This document shows positions 1 through 10,725 of a DNA stretch of 64,000 bases, piece by piece (the first letter of the stretch is position 1; every line of letters starts with the position of its first letter). The translations under genes and the position numbers were made by a program. The stretch comes from Anaeromyxobacter sp. (GTDB lineage: Bacteria > Myxococcota > Myxococcia > Myxococcales > Anaeromyxobacteraceae), in the NCBI GenBank assembly GCA_049840735.1, contig JASGJN010000017.1, forward strand, positions 32,001 through 96,000, read 5' to 3'. Under the pieces are notes generated by a model that did no database searches, was not told the origin of the DNA, and saw only the letters and a program-made list of their open reading frames with translations.

Positions 1-178
1 CCGGGACCTCCAGGTCGCCCAGGGCCTCGCCCAGCAGGCGGTAGGAGAGGATCAGGGCCCGGCAGTCGGGGCAGCCGGCGGCGTGGGCCTCGTGCGCGGT
101 GGCCTCGAAGGGCAGCAGCGCGCCGTCGACCAGCAGCTGCGCCTGCGCGTCGGACAGGTGTGGGGTGGGCGTGGTCAT
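1..178 (-). CDS. anti-sigma factor with zf-HC2 motif, N-terminal part (runs off window)
   Basis: ATG overlaps the sigma-factor stop (ATGA); translation MTTPTPHLSDAQAQLLVDGAL..HAAGCPDC contains HxxxCxxC. Confidence 0.75.
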   Translation of the reverse strand, partial: MTTPTPHLSDAQAQLLVDGALLPFEATAHEAHAAGCPDCRALILSYRLLGEALGDLEVP

Positions 179-840
179 GGCGCGAGCTCCTGGCCGGGCT
201 GCGAGAGCGCGTCGCGCAGCTTGGCGCGGGCGCGGTGCAGCCAGGTCATGACGGTGCCGATGGGGACGTCGAGCGTGGCGGCGATCTCCTTGTAGGAGAG
301 CTGCTCGACGTGGAAGAGGTGGACCACCTCGCGGTAGTTGGGCGGCAGGGCCGCGACCGCCTGCTCGAGCGCGCCGGCCACCTGCCGCCGCTCCAAGAGC
401 TCGTCGCCGCGGGGCGCGTCGGGGTCGGCCAGCTCGCGCGGCGCCGCGCCCTCCTCGGGCTCGGCGTCGAGCGCGACCTGCTGCGCTTCCGGCATGCGCC
501 GGCGGATCACGTCGAGGCAGTGGTTGCGGGCGATGCGGAGCACCCAGGGCGCGAAGGGCTGCGCGGGGTCGAAGGTGCCGACGGCGGCGTAGGCGCGGAC
601 GAACGCCTCCTGGGCGGCGTCGCGGGCCTCCTCCTGGTCGCGCAGCAGGCGGAAGCACAGGCCAAAGACGGACCGCTTGTGCAGGTCCACCAGCCGAGAG
701 AAGGCCTGCTTGTCCCCCCGGGCGGCGGCCTGGGCCCAGGCGGCCTCCCCGGTGACCGGTTGCGCCACCCCGCGTTCCTCCGTGCGGAGGGACAGTAGCC
801 CGAAATCGAGAGCGGCGACGGCGGCAACGACCATGCCCAA
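175..840 (-). CDS. ECF RNA polymerase sigma-70 factor
   Basis: Region 2 (DAAQEAFVRAY..FAPWVLRIARNHCLD) and region 4 (LSYKEIAATLDVPIGTVMTWLHRAR); start uncertain. Confidence 0.92.
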   Translation of the reverse strand: MGMVVAAVAALDFGLLSLRTEERGVAQPVTGEAAWAQAAARGDKQAFSRLVDLHKRSVFGLCFRLLRDQEEARDAAQEAFVRAYAAVGTFDPAQPFAPWVLRIARNHCLDVIRRRMPEAQQVALDAEPEEGAAPRELADPDAPRGDELLERRQVAGALEQAVAALPPNYREVVHLFHVEQLSYKEIAATLDVPIGTVMTWLHRARAKLRDALSQPGQELAP

Positions 841-1005
841 CCCTACGGCGCTCCTCGGGTTCTATTTCAGTTGCCGGGCCGATCGTCCCGGGTGCGGCCG
901 ACCCGGCGACCTGGCCGGGGAGGCAGCAGGTGAATACCTATACAGTACGGCAGCTTGAGCCGTGCGCGAGCGACCTGCGGCGGGGCTGGCGGCGGCGTAA
1001 GCCGC

Positions 1006-2245
1006 TCAGATCCAGCCGAGCTGGTGCTCGAGCAGGAGCAGCCCCAGGCCGGCCACCAGCGTGGCGGCGGTGATCAGGGCGCCGATTTTCAGGAAGCGCC
1101 AGAAGGAGATTCTGGGCGCGCGAGCCGGCCAGCTCCAGCACGATCAGGTTGGCCACCGAGCCCACCACCGTCAGGTTGCCGGCCAGCGTGGCGCAGAGCG
1201 CGGTGGCGAGCCAGGCCAGGCGCGCCGAGGCTAGGCGCGGGATCGACTCGCCCGCCAGCACCACGAACGGCACGTTGGAGACCACCTGCGAGCCGAGGAC
1301 CGAGAACAGGCCGAACCCCACCGCCTGGCCGGCCGGGTCGCTGCCCAGCGCCGGCGCCACCGCCGCGTACATGCGCTCGGTCACCCCGGCGTGGCCGATG
1401 CCGGCCACCACCACGAAGAGCGCCGCGAAGAAGACCAGCAGCGGCCAGTCCACCTGCTGCAGCGCCTCGCGCGGCGCCCGGCCGGCGACGGCCATCAGCA
1501 GCGCCGCGGTGAAGAGCGCGGTCCAGGAGAGCGCGAAGCCCGCCAGGAAGCCCGCCACGGCCAGCGCCAGCGCCCCCAGCGCCTTGGCCAGCAGCACCCG
1601 GTCCACCTCCGCCGGCGCCCCGTGCCCCTCCGCCAGCCGCCCGGGGGGCAGCCGCCGCCGGAAGAGCAGGTGCAGCAGCACGGCCACCACCAGCAGCGAG
1701 GCCAGCGCCGGCAGCGCCAGCGCCGCGGCGAACGACGCGTAGGAGATGCCGGAGAGCGTGCCGGCGATCATGTTCTGCGGGTTGCCGGTGAGCGTGGCGG
1801 CCGAGCCGGCGTTGGCGCCGAAGCAGACCGCCAGCAGGTAGGGCAGGGCGGGCAGGTCGGCGTCGTCCACGATCCTGATCACGAGCGGCGTGACCATCAC
1901 GCAGACGGTGTCGTTCACCAGCACGGCCGAGAGCGCACCGCACGTGAACACCAGCCCCCACAGCAGCGTGCGCGGCGTGCCGGCCGCCCGGATCACCCGC
2001 GCGCTGGCCCAGCGGAAGAACCCGGCCTCGGCCAGGTAGGCGTTCAGGATCATCATCCCGAGCAGGAGCCCGAGCGTGTCCCCGTTCACCGCCGCGCCGG
2101 CCTGCGCCGGGCTGAGCACGCCCGCCGCCACCATCAGCACCGCGCCCAGCAGCGCCGCGGCCGGCCGGTCCACCGAGAGCAGCGGGAAACGTCCAGCGGC
2201 GACGGCCAGGTACGTCAGCGCGAAGAGGAGCACGGCGACGAGCAC
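1006..2245 (-). CDS. ArsB/NhaD/SLC13-family anion permease (apparent frameshift at ~1110)
   Basis: Multi-TM protein with LVNDTVC, GNPQN, SNVP and GSVANLIV motifs; removing one base at GATTC 1108-1112 restores ISFWRFLKIG..LGWI-stop. Confidence 0.85.
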
Positions 2246-2347
2246 GGGACCTCTCTATCACGCCCCGGCCGGGGCGAGGGCGGCTGAGGCGGGCTTGGCC
2301 CCCGCGCCGCGCTTAACGCCGGGACCGGACCGCACTAGATTGCCCCG

Positions 2348-3463
2348 GTGCCGGACGAACGGGCGGTGACGCTGGACGGGAGCGCGGGCGAGGGCGGCGG
2401 CCAGATCCTCCGAACCGCGCTCTCGCTGTCGGCGGTGACGGGGCGCCCCTTCACCATCGCCCAGGTGCGCGCCGGGCGGATCAAGCCCGGCCTGCGGCCC
2501 CAGCACCAGGAGGCGGCCCGCGCCGTGGCGCGGCTGACCGACGCCGAGCTGGAGGGCGACGAGGTCGGCTCGATGGCGCTCTCCTTCCGGCCGCGCGCGC
2601 CGGCGCGGGCGGGCGAGTGGGCGCTGGACATCGGCACGGCCGGCTCGACGCCGCTGCTGTTCCAGACCGTCTGCTGGCCGCTGGCGCTGGCCGGCGGAGC
2701 GTCGTCGCTCACGCTGCGCGGCGGCACGCACCAGGACCACGCGCCCAGCTTCCACTACCTGGCGCTGGTCTGGGGGCCGGCGGTGGCGCGCCTGGGGTTC
2801 CGCTTTGCCGTGGAGCTGCAGGCGGCCGGCTTCTACCCGGAGGGCGGCGGCGAGTTCACCGCCCGCGTCGAGCCGCCCCACGCCATGCCGCCGCTCGACC
2901 TGCGCCACCGCGGCACGCTGCGCGAGGTGGAGGTCGTGTCGATGGTGGGCGGCCTCGGGTACGAGGTCGCCGAGCGCCAGGCGGAGCGGGCCCTCAAGGC
3001 GCTGCGCGACATGGGCATCGCCGCCGAGGCGGAGCGCGTGCCGGTGCCCTGCCGCACCTCGCGAGGCGGGCACGTCCTGATCGTCTCCAGCTTCGAGCGG
3101 ACCCGCGCCGGCCACGGCGCGGTGGGGGGCCGGGAGCGCGGGCCGGAGGAGACGGCCGATCAGGCCGTCGGGGCCTTCCGCGCCTACCTCTCCGGCGGCG
3201 CGGCGGTGGACCGGCACCTCGGCGATCAGCTGCTGGTCCCGGCCGCCCTGGTGGCCGCTGGGCGGGTCCCCGCGGCCGCCGGGCTGGCGCCGCTGGTCCG
3301 CTTCACCGTCAGCCAGGTCACGCCCCACCTCACCACCAACGCCGAGGTGATCCGGCGCTTCCTGGACGTGGAGATCCACGTCGACGGCGCCGAGGGCGAG
3401 CCGGGCGAGGTGCGGGTGGTGGGACCGGCCAGCAACGGGCAGGTCGTGCCGCTGCCGCGCTGA
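2348..3463 (+). CDS. rtcA: RNA 3'-terminal phosphate cyclase
   Basis: DGSAGEGGGQILRTAL, PGLRPQH, GFYPEGGG, DRHLGDQL and HLTTN motifs. Confidence 0.95.
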   Translation: MPDERAVTLDGSAGEGGGQILRTALSLSAVTGRPFTIAQVRAGRIKPGLRPQHQEAARAVARLTDAELEGDEVGSMALSFRPRAPARAGEWALDIGTAGSTPLLFQTVCWPLALAGGASSLTLRGGTHQDHAPSFHYLALVWGPAVARLGFRFAVELQAAGFYPEGGGEFTARVEPPHAMPPLDLRHRGTLREVEVVSMVGGLGYEVAERQAERALKALRDMGIAAEAERVPVPCRTSRGGHVLIVSSFERTRAGHGAVGGRERGPEETADQAVGAFRAYLSGGAAVDRHLGDQLLVPAALVAAGRVPAAAGLAPLVRFTVSQVTPHLTTNAEVIRRFLDVEIHVDGAEGEPGEVRVVGPASNGQVVPLPR

Positions 3464-3489
3464 GCCGTTTCCGACTCGAGCTCGTCCGT

Positions 3490-4435
3490 CTAGAGCCAGC
3501 TCTTCTTCTTGAAAGATCAGGTACATCGCCGCCGGCAGCACCACCATGGCCACCAGCACCAGCGGGATGGCCACGTGCGGGTGGACGATCTCCAGGTTCA
3601 TCCCGAAGAAGCCGGCCAGGAAGTTGAGGGGGAGGAAGATGGTGGAGATGAGGGTGAGCCGCGCCATCACCGTCGAGAGCCGGTTGTTGGTGTGCGAGAG
3701 GTACGCGTCCATGGCGGAGGCCAGGAGCTCGCGCCCCATGTCCACCTCCTCGGTGAGGCGGACCGCGTGGTCCACCACGTCGCGGAAGTAGACCGAGGCC
3801 TGCGGCGTCACCAGCCCGAGCCCGGGCCGGGCCAGCGCGGCGAAGACCTCGCGCTGCGGCCCCAGCCGCTTGCGCAGCATGGCGTGCCCCCGGCGCCCCA
3901 GGATGATCCGGTCCAGCAGCTCCTGGTCGCGGTTGCTCTCGGGGCGCGTGAGGACCTCGTCGGCCAGCTCCTCCACGTCCTGCGAGAGCGCGTCCACCAG
4001 CGCGTAGTGCACGTCGGCCAGCGCGTCGTACACGAGGTAGAGCGCGAAGTCGGCGCCGCGCCCCAGCAGCTCAGGCTCGTGCGCGCAGCGGGCGAAGATC
4101 CGGTCCACCTCGCCGATGGGCGCGGAGTGGACCGTGACCAGCGCCTCCGGCGTGAGGAAGGCGTGCAGCTCGAACGCCATCAGCTCGGAGTCGTCCGGCG
4201 CCGGCATGACCCGGTGGACCACCAGGAACAGGTGATCGCCGTACTGCTCCCACTTCACCCGCTGGTCCTCGTGGGCGCAGTCCTCCAGCGCCAGGGGGTG
4301 GAAGTGGAACCGCTCGGCCAGGAAGGCCAGGTTCTCGGGGGTGGGCTGCATGTCCACCCAGAGCAGCGCGCCGGGCGCGGCGAACTCCTGCCCGCCCTGC
4401 TGCACCTTCCCGTCCTGGAACCGGAGCACCCGCAT
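3490..4435 (-). CDS. corA: CorA-family Mg/Co transporter (apparent frameshift at ~3513)
   Basis: FHPLALED and GFFGMN signature; removing one A beside GATC 3515 gives the C-terminus IFKKKSWL-stop. Confidence 0.88.
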
Positions 4436-4489
4436 GCGCCCGCAGAGTACCGCGTGCGGTCGGGCGGGGGATGGTGTAATCGAGCCGTC

Positions 4490-4904
4490 ATGCGCCGGTT
4501 CCTGCCGACCCTCGCCACCGCCCTGGCCCTGGGCTGCGCTTCCCTGCCGCCAGGGCCTCCGGCGGAGCGCCCCGTGCCGCCGCCGCTGGGGCTGGGGGAA
4601 GCCCAGGCGCGGCAGGTGCTGGCCCGCTTCGTGGACGCCGGCGAGGCCGGGCGCTGGGACGAGGCCTGCGCGCTGCTCTCCGCGCGCTGGCGCGCGGTCT
4701 ACACCCCGGGGCGGCTGGCCCAGGACCAGGCCGGGGCCGGGCCGGTGGCCCGGGAGGCCGCGGCCCGGGTCAAGGCGGCGCTGGCCGCGGGGGCGCCGGT
4801 TCTCGATGGCCCGGCCCGGGCGCGCCTCGCTGGACGTCGGCCCGGGGCGGGCGGCGGTGGTGGTGGCGGAGGGGCAGGGCTGGCGGGTCGACGCGCTGGA
4901 GTGA
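4490..4904 (+). CDS. hypothetical lipoprotein (apparent frameshift ~4801)
   Basis: Lipobox ALALGC; continues in another frame to GWRVDALE-stop. Confidence 0.55.
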
Positions 4905-4955
4905 GGCGCGAGCGGCGTTGAGAACCCCCCGGTCGCCCGCTATAAAGGCGCGGCC

Positions 4956-6041
4956 ATGCCACTCGACAACCAGCACGCGCTCGAAGCCCTGAAGAAGGTC
5001 ATGGATCCCGAGCTGCACCGGGATCTCGTCTCCCTCGGGATGATCAAGGACCTGGCCGTCTCCGGTGAGGCCGTGAAGCTCAAGGTGGAGCTGACCACGC
5101 CGGCCTGTCCGCTCAAGGACACCATCGGCAAGGACGTCGAGGCCGCGCTCCGCGGCGCCGGGTTCACCAAGGTCGAGATCAGCTGGGGCGCGCAGGTCCG
5201 GGCCGCGCCCGGCGCGGCGCAGGGGCAGCTCACGCCGGGCGTGAAGAACATCGTGCTGGTCGGCGCCGGCAAGGGCGGCGTGGGCAAGAGCACCGTGGCC
5301 ATCAACGTGGCGGTCGGGCTGGCCAGGCTCGGCGCCAAGGTCGGCATCCTCGACGCCGACATCTACGGCCCCTCGGTGCCCATCCTCACCGGCATCACCG
5401 AGAAGCCCTCGTCGAGCGACGGCCAGCGGCTCGACCCGTTCACGGCCCACGGCATCAAGGTCATGTCCATCGGCTTCCTGATCGAGCCGGACCAGGCGCT
5501 GGTATGGCGCGGCCCCATGGTCACCGGCGCGCTCATCCAGCTGCTGCGCGACGTGAACTGGGGCGAGCTGGACTACCTGGTGCTGGACCTGCCGCCCGGC
5601 ACCGGCGACATCCCGCTGACCCTGGCCCAGAACGTCCGCGCCGCCGGCGTGGTGCTGGTCTCCACTCCGCAGGACGTGGCGCTGGCCGACGTCATCCGCG
5701 CCAAGCTCATGTTCGACAAGGTCTCCATCCCGGTGCTGGGGCTGGTGGAGAACATGTCCGCCTTCGTCTGCCCGCACTGCCGGCACGAGACCGCCATCTT
5801 CGACAAGGGCGGGGCCCGCACCGCGGCCGAGCGGATGGGCATCCCGTTCCTGGGCGAGGTGCCCATCGACCTCGCCATCCGCGAGGGCGGCGATCAGGGC
5901 GTGCCGGTGGTCGCCGGCAAGCCGGAGAGCCCGCAGGCGGAGGCCTTCCTGGCGGTGGCGCGGCAGGTGGCCGGGGCCGTCAGCAAGCAGGTCATGAAGG
6001 CGCCGCGCCTGCCGGTGATCGGCGCGCAGCCGCGCGCCTGA
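4956..6041 (+). CDS. apbC: Mrp/NBP35 Fe-S cluster carrier ATPase
   Basis: DUF59-like N-terminus, GKGGVGKST, DADIYGPS, WRGPM, ENMS..CPHC. Confidence 0.95.
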   Translation: MPLDNQHALEALKKVMDPELHRDLVSLGMIKDLAVSGEAVKLKVELTTPACPLKDTIGKDVEAALRGAGFTKVEISWGAQVRAAPGAAQGQLTPGVKNIVLVGAGKGGVGKSTVAINVAVGLARLGAKVGILDADIYGPSVPILTGITEKPSSSDGQRLDPFTAHGIKVMSIGFLIEPDQALVWRGPMVTGALIQLLRDVNWGELDYLVLDLPPGTGDIPLTLAQNVRAAGVVLVSTPQDVALADVIRAKLMFDKVSIPVLGLVENMSAFVCPHCRHETAIFDKGGARTAAERMGIPFLGEVPIDLAIREGGDQGVPVVAGKPESPQAEAFLAVARQVAGAVSKQVMKAPRLPVIGAQPRA

Positions 6042-6052
6042 GGGGAGCGCAC

Positions 6053-6511
6053 ATGGCGCCCAACCCGTTCGACGACGATGCGGACCAGCCGGCGCCGCCC
6101 TCGGCGGAGGACGTGACCGGCGAGCCGGGCGGCGCAGCCGGCGCAGGGCGCAGCGGGCTCATCCCGGACGGCGTGAAGAAGGCGCTGCTGGCCGGCGTGG
6201 GCGCGCTCTTCATGACCGAGGAGGGCGCGCGCCGCCTGGCCCGCGACTGGAAGCTGCCCAAGGACGTGATCGGCTTCGTCGGGCAGCAGGCGCAGGGGGC
6301 GAAGGAGGAGATCCTCCGGGTCCTCTCGGAGGAGATCCGCCGCTTCCTCGAGTCCGAGGTGGTCCGGCGGGAGCTCGGCAAGCAGCTGGCGGGCATGGCC
6401 ATCGAGGTGAACGCCGAGATCCGCTTCCGTCCGGTGGACGGCGAGGCGCCGCGCCCGGAGGTGAAGGCGCGCGTGCAGCCTCGCCGGCGCGCCAAGAAGA
6501 GGCGCGGGTGA
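6053..6511 (+). CDS. hypothetical protein
   Basis: GGGGAG RBS; MAPNPFDDD..; stop overlaps the next GTG. Confidence 0.7.
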   Translation: MAPNPFDDDADQPAPPSAEDVTGEPGGAAGAGRSGLIPDGVKKALLAGVGALFMTEEGARRLARDWKLPKDVIGFVGQQAQGAKEEILRVLSEEIRRFLESEVVRRELGKQLAGMAIEVNAEIRFRPVDGEAPRPEVKARVQPRRRAKKRRG

Positions 6512-6840
6512 AGCGGGCGGCCAAGCTGCTCCTCGTGCTGGGTGCGCTGGGCGTGGGCTGGCTGCTCTTCGCCGAGGGCCCCCGCGAGCTGGTGCTGGTC
6601 TACGACCTGGGCCACCTCGGCCCGGCCGACCTGACCGTGGACCTGCTGCGCGGCCCGGAGCTGGTGCGCCACGCCGAGTTCCACCTCGACGCCGGGAGCC
6701 AGCAGGTGCGCCACGCCGTCAAGCTCCCCGACGGCGACTACCGGCTGCGCTGGGCCACGCGCGGAGCCGCCGCGGCCCAGGGGGAGCGGACCGTCGAGGT
6801 GCGCGAGGCGGGGACGCAGGTCTTCTCGCTCGCCCCCTGA
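6508..6840 (+). CDS. hypothetical exported protein
   Basis: N-terminal hydrophobic segment; coupled to the upstream gene. Confidence 0.6.
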   Translation: MKRAAKLLLVLGALGVGWLLFAEGPRELVLVYDLGHLGPADLTVDLLRGPELVRHAEFHLDAGSQQVRHAVKLPDGDYRLRWATRGAAAAQGERTVEVREAGTQVFSLAP

Positions 6841-6900
6841 GCGGCCAGGCGGGCGGTCGCGCGCCATGCACCGCGGCGGCTGCGGCAGCAACGTTGGCCG

Positions 6901-7470
6901 GTGATCGACCTGCACTTCGTGGCCCCCGGGCTGGCGGTGGGGGCGCGCTATCCCATGGAGGCCGCCGCCCGGCTGGCGCGGGAGCACCGGATCGCCCGGG
7001 TGATCGACGTCCGCGTCGAGGCCTGCGACGACGAGGTCCTGCTGCGGGTGCACGGCATCCGCCTGCTGCACCTGCCCACCGAGGACTGCCGCGCCGTGTC
7101 CCAGCGGCGCCTGCGGGACGGCGTCGCCTTCGCGCTGGAGGGGCTGGAGCGCGGGGAGGGGGTCTTCATCCATTGCCAGTACGGCATCGGCCGCAGCGCG
7201 CTGCTCACGCTGTGCGTGCTGGTGGCCCGGGGCGGAGCGCCGCTCCAGGCGCTGGAGGAGCTCAAGCGCGCGCGCCCGGTGGTGTCTCCCAGCCCGGAGC
7301 AGCTGGAGGCCTTCATGGCGTTCAGCGGACGGCTGCGGGCCGAGCGAGGAGCCACCTGGCCAGTCCCCACGCTCGAGGAGCTGGGCGCCATCGCGTGGCG
7401 CCACCTGCGCGACGGAGAGGGCGTGGTGGATCTGGAGACGGCCGCGGCCGGTGCCACACAGGCAGGCTAA
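6901..7470 (+). CDS. dual-specificity/tyrosine protein phosphatase
   Basis: HCQYGIGRS = HCX5RS catalytic loop. Confidence 0.9.
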   Translation: MIDLHFVAPGLAVGARYPMEAAARLAREHRIARVIDVRVEACDDEVLLRVHGIRLLHLPTEDCRAVSQRRLRDGVAFALEGLERGEGVFIHCQYGIGRSALLTLCVLVARGGAPLQALEELKRARPVVSPSPEQLEAFMAFSGRLRAERGATWPVPTLEELGAIAWRHLRDGEGVVDLETAAAGATQAG

Positions 7471-7703
7471 AACCCGTCCGGATACCCACCTCGGCGGCTA
7501 CGGGATTACCCAGGGTGGACAAGAACCCCTGCCCGTGGAGGACTTCCACGCTGCTGAAATCCGGTGCTTCCCGCGTGATCACAGTCGCTTGCGCCGGTTC
7601 GGCGTTCGCACGCAAACGGTCACGTCCAGGCCAGGTTCTGGCATCCCAGGGTCCTGCCCGCCCGATCCCCTGATCCGGGGACGCGGCGGCTGGAGCAGAC
7701 CAC

Positions 7704-10700
7704 GTGACCCTCCGCGCCACCTCGCTTCGCCACAAGCTGGTCTACCTCGGCATCCTCCCGCCAGCCGTGCTGACGCTGGTGTTCCTGGCCGTCCTCTTCA
7801 CGGCCAACCTCGTGGCCAGCCGCCGCGTCTCGAGCACCGTGGCGGAGCTGGCGGAGGGCAACCTGGATCGGGCGGCGCGCGACGTGCGGCTGCTCTGCGA
7901 CACGGCCCACGCCGAGCTGACCCGCCACCTCGACGCCAGCCTGCGGGTGGTCCGCGACGCCGCCGACCGCGCCGGCGGGATCTCGCCGGAGGCGAGGGGC
8001 CAGCCCATCCGCTGGACCGCGGTGAGCCAGGTGGACGGGCGCACCATCGAGATCGCGCTGCCGCGCATGCTGGCCGGGAAGGCGTGGCTGGGGCAGGTGG
8101 AGGCCCTCGACCAGCCGGTGCCGGTGGTGGACGACGCGGCCCGCCTGAGCGGCGCCGCCGTCACGGTCTTCCAGCGCATGAACCCGGCCGGCGACATGCT
8201 CCGCGTGGCCACCACCGTGCGCAAGGAAGGGCAGCGCGCGGTGGGCACCTTCATCCCGGCGGCGGGGGCCGACGGCCAGCCCACGCCGGTCGTCGCCGAG
8301 GTGCTGGCCGGGCGCACCTACCGCGGCCGCGCCTTCGTGGTGGACGCCTGGTACCTGACGGTCTACGCGCCGCTCAGGGACGCCAGCGGCGGCGTGGTGG
8401 GGATGCTCTTCGTCGGCCAGCGGCAGGACGGCGTGGAGGCGCTGCGCACGGCCATCCAGGAGATGCGCATCGGCCGGACGGGCTCGGTGCGCGTGGTCGG
8501 CGGCAAGGGGAGCCAGCGCGGCAAGGTGGTGATCGCGCCGGCCGGCCAGGAGGCCGGGGCGGCGCTGCTGGAGAGCCCGCCCGAGGCGAAGGCCTCAGCC
8601 GAGGCGCTGATCGCGAGCGCCACGGCGCTGGAAGGCGAGGCGCTGGCCCGTCACGCGCCGGCGTCGGTGGACGGGCGCGCCCAGGTGGCCTCGGTCTCCT
8701 ACTTCGAGCCATGGGACTGGATCGTCGTGGCCCAGATGGACGCGGCGGAGGCGGTGGAGGTCGCCGACGGCCTGGGGCGGACGCTCCGCCTGGCCGCGCT
8801 GCTCGCGATCCTGGCCGCGGCGGCGCTGCTGGCTGGCTCGACCGTGCTGGCCATGCGCAGCGCGCGCCGGCTGGCCGCCCCGGTGGAGGAGATGGCGCGC
8901 GCGGGCGAGGCCATCGCCGCGGGTGACACCACGCTGGAGGTCGAGCACCGCGGAGCGGACGAGGTGGGCCGGCTGGCCGACGCCTTCCGCGGGCTCATCG
9001 ACTACGTCCGCGACAGCACGCGCGCCGCGGAGGGGATCGCCGCCGGCGACCTGGACATCGCGCTCACGCCTCGCTCCGAGGCCGACGCGCTCACCCGCAG
9101 CCTGGCCCGGGCCCAGGCGGAGCTGCGCCGCCTGCGCGAGGTCACCACCCACCTCTCCGCCGCGGCGGTGGAGGGACGGCTGGGCGAGCGGGGCGACGCG
9201 GAGTCGTTCGCCGGCGCCTACCGGGAGGTGGTGCGGGGCATGAACGACACGCTGGACGCGCTGATCATGCCGCTGGGCGTGGCCGCGGCGCAGGTGGAGC
9301 GGCTGGCCGGCGGCGACATCCCGCCGCCGCTCGGGGTGGGCTGGCAGGGCGACTTCGCCGGCGTGGAGAGCAGCCTCGATCGCTGCAGCGCGGCCATCCG
9401 GGCGCTCTCCGAGGACACCCAGGCGCTGGCCGCCGCGGCGGTGGCCGGGCAGCTGGCCACCCGGGCCGACGCCGGGCGCCACGGCGGCGAGTTCCGCCGC
9501 ATCGTGGAGGGCGTGAACGGCGCGCTCGACGCGGTCACCGGCCCGCTCTCGACCGCGGCCGCCGAGCTGGATCGGGTCTCGCGCGGCCAGCTGCCGGAGC
9601 GGATCGAGGGGAGCTTCCCGGGCGACTTCGCGGCGGTGCGCGACAGCCTGGCCCGCGCCGCCGGCGCGGTCTCGGCGCTGGTGGCCGACGTGGACGCGCT
9701 GGCGCGGGAGGCGGTGGAGGGGCACCTGTCGGTCCGCGCCGATCCGGCGCGCCACCAGGGCGACTACCGGCGCATCGTGGAGGGGTTCAACCGCACCCTG
9801 GACGCCGCGGTGGCGCCGGTGGACGACGCCACCCAGGTGCTGGAGCGGATGGCGGCGCGCGACCTGCGCGCCCGCGTGGAGGGCGCCTACGCCGGCGACC
9901 ACGCGCGGCTGAAGGAGGCGGTGAACGCCTCGGCGGAGGCGCTCGCGGAGGCGCTGGCCTCGGTCTCCGAGGCGGCCAGCCAGGTCTCCGGCGCGGCCAC
10001 CCAGAATCGCCAGCTCCAGCCAGGCGGTGGCCTCCGGCGCCTCCGAGCAGGCCCGCTCGACCGCCGAGATCTCGCAGAAGGTGGAGGTGATCGCCTCCGA
10101 GGCCGGCCAGACGGTCCAGCGCGCGGACCAGGCGGCCCGCATCGTGGGCGGGGCGCAGGTCTCGGCCAGCGACGGCGCGGCCGCGGCGCAGGCCATGTCG
10201 GCGGCGCTGGAGAAGATCCGGGCCGCGGCGCAGGGCACGGCCGTGATCCTCCGCGACATGAGCGACATCGCCTTCCAGACCAACCTGCTGGCCCTCAACG
10301 CCGCGGTGGAGGCGGCCCGGGCCGGCGACGCCGGGCGCGGCTTCGCGGTGGTGGCCGAGGAGGTCCGCTCGCTGGCCCTCCGCTCCAAGCAGGCGGCGGC
10401 CCGCACCGAGAAGATCATCGCCGAGACGGTCAAGGAGACCGAGGGCGGCGCGGCCGCCGGCGCGGCGCTGGCCGGCCGGCTGCAGGCCATCGGCAGCACG
10501 GTGGCGCAGGCGGTGGAGGTGGTGGCCGGCATCCGGCAGGCCGCCGGCCGCCAGGCCTCGGCCGTGGATGGCGTGACCCGCGCGGTGGGCGAGATGGACC
10601 GGGTCACCCAGGGCAACGCCGCCAGCGCCGAGGAGACCAGCGCCGCGGTCAACGAGCTGTCCGGCCAGGCCGACACGCTGGCGGCCATGGTGGGGCAGTT

Positions 10701-10725
10701 CGAGCTGCCGGAGAAGCAGGCCTAG
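7704..10725 (+). CDS. methyl-accepting chemotaxis protein, Cache + poly-HAMP (apparent frameshift at ~10005)
   Basis: Two TMs, Cache ([13 protein letters not shown]), HAMP repeats, [17 protein letters not shown]; removing one base at GAATC 10004-10008 joins the frames ([17 protein letters not shown]). Confidence 0.9.

Noticed and set aside
7471..7703. Possible cyclic-dinucleotide (GEMM) riboswitch upstream of the MCP
   Set aside because: Only a CACGCAAA fragment; the GNRA tetraloop/receptor architecture is not evident. An Rfam scan would decide
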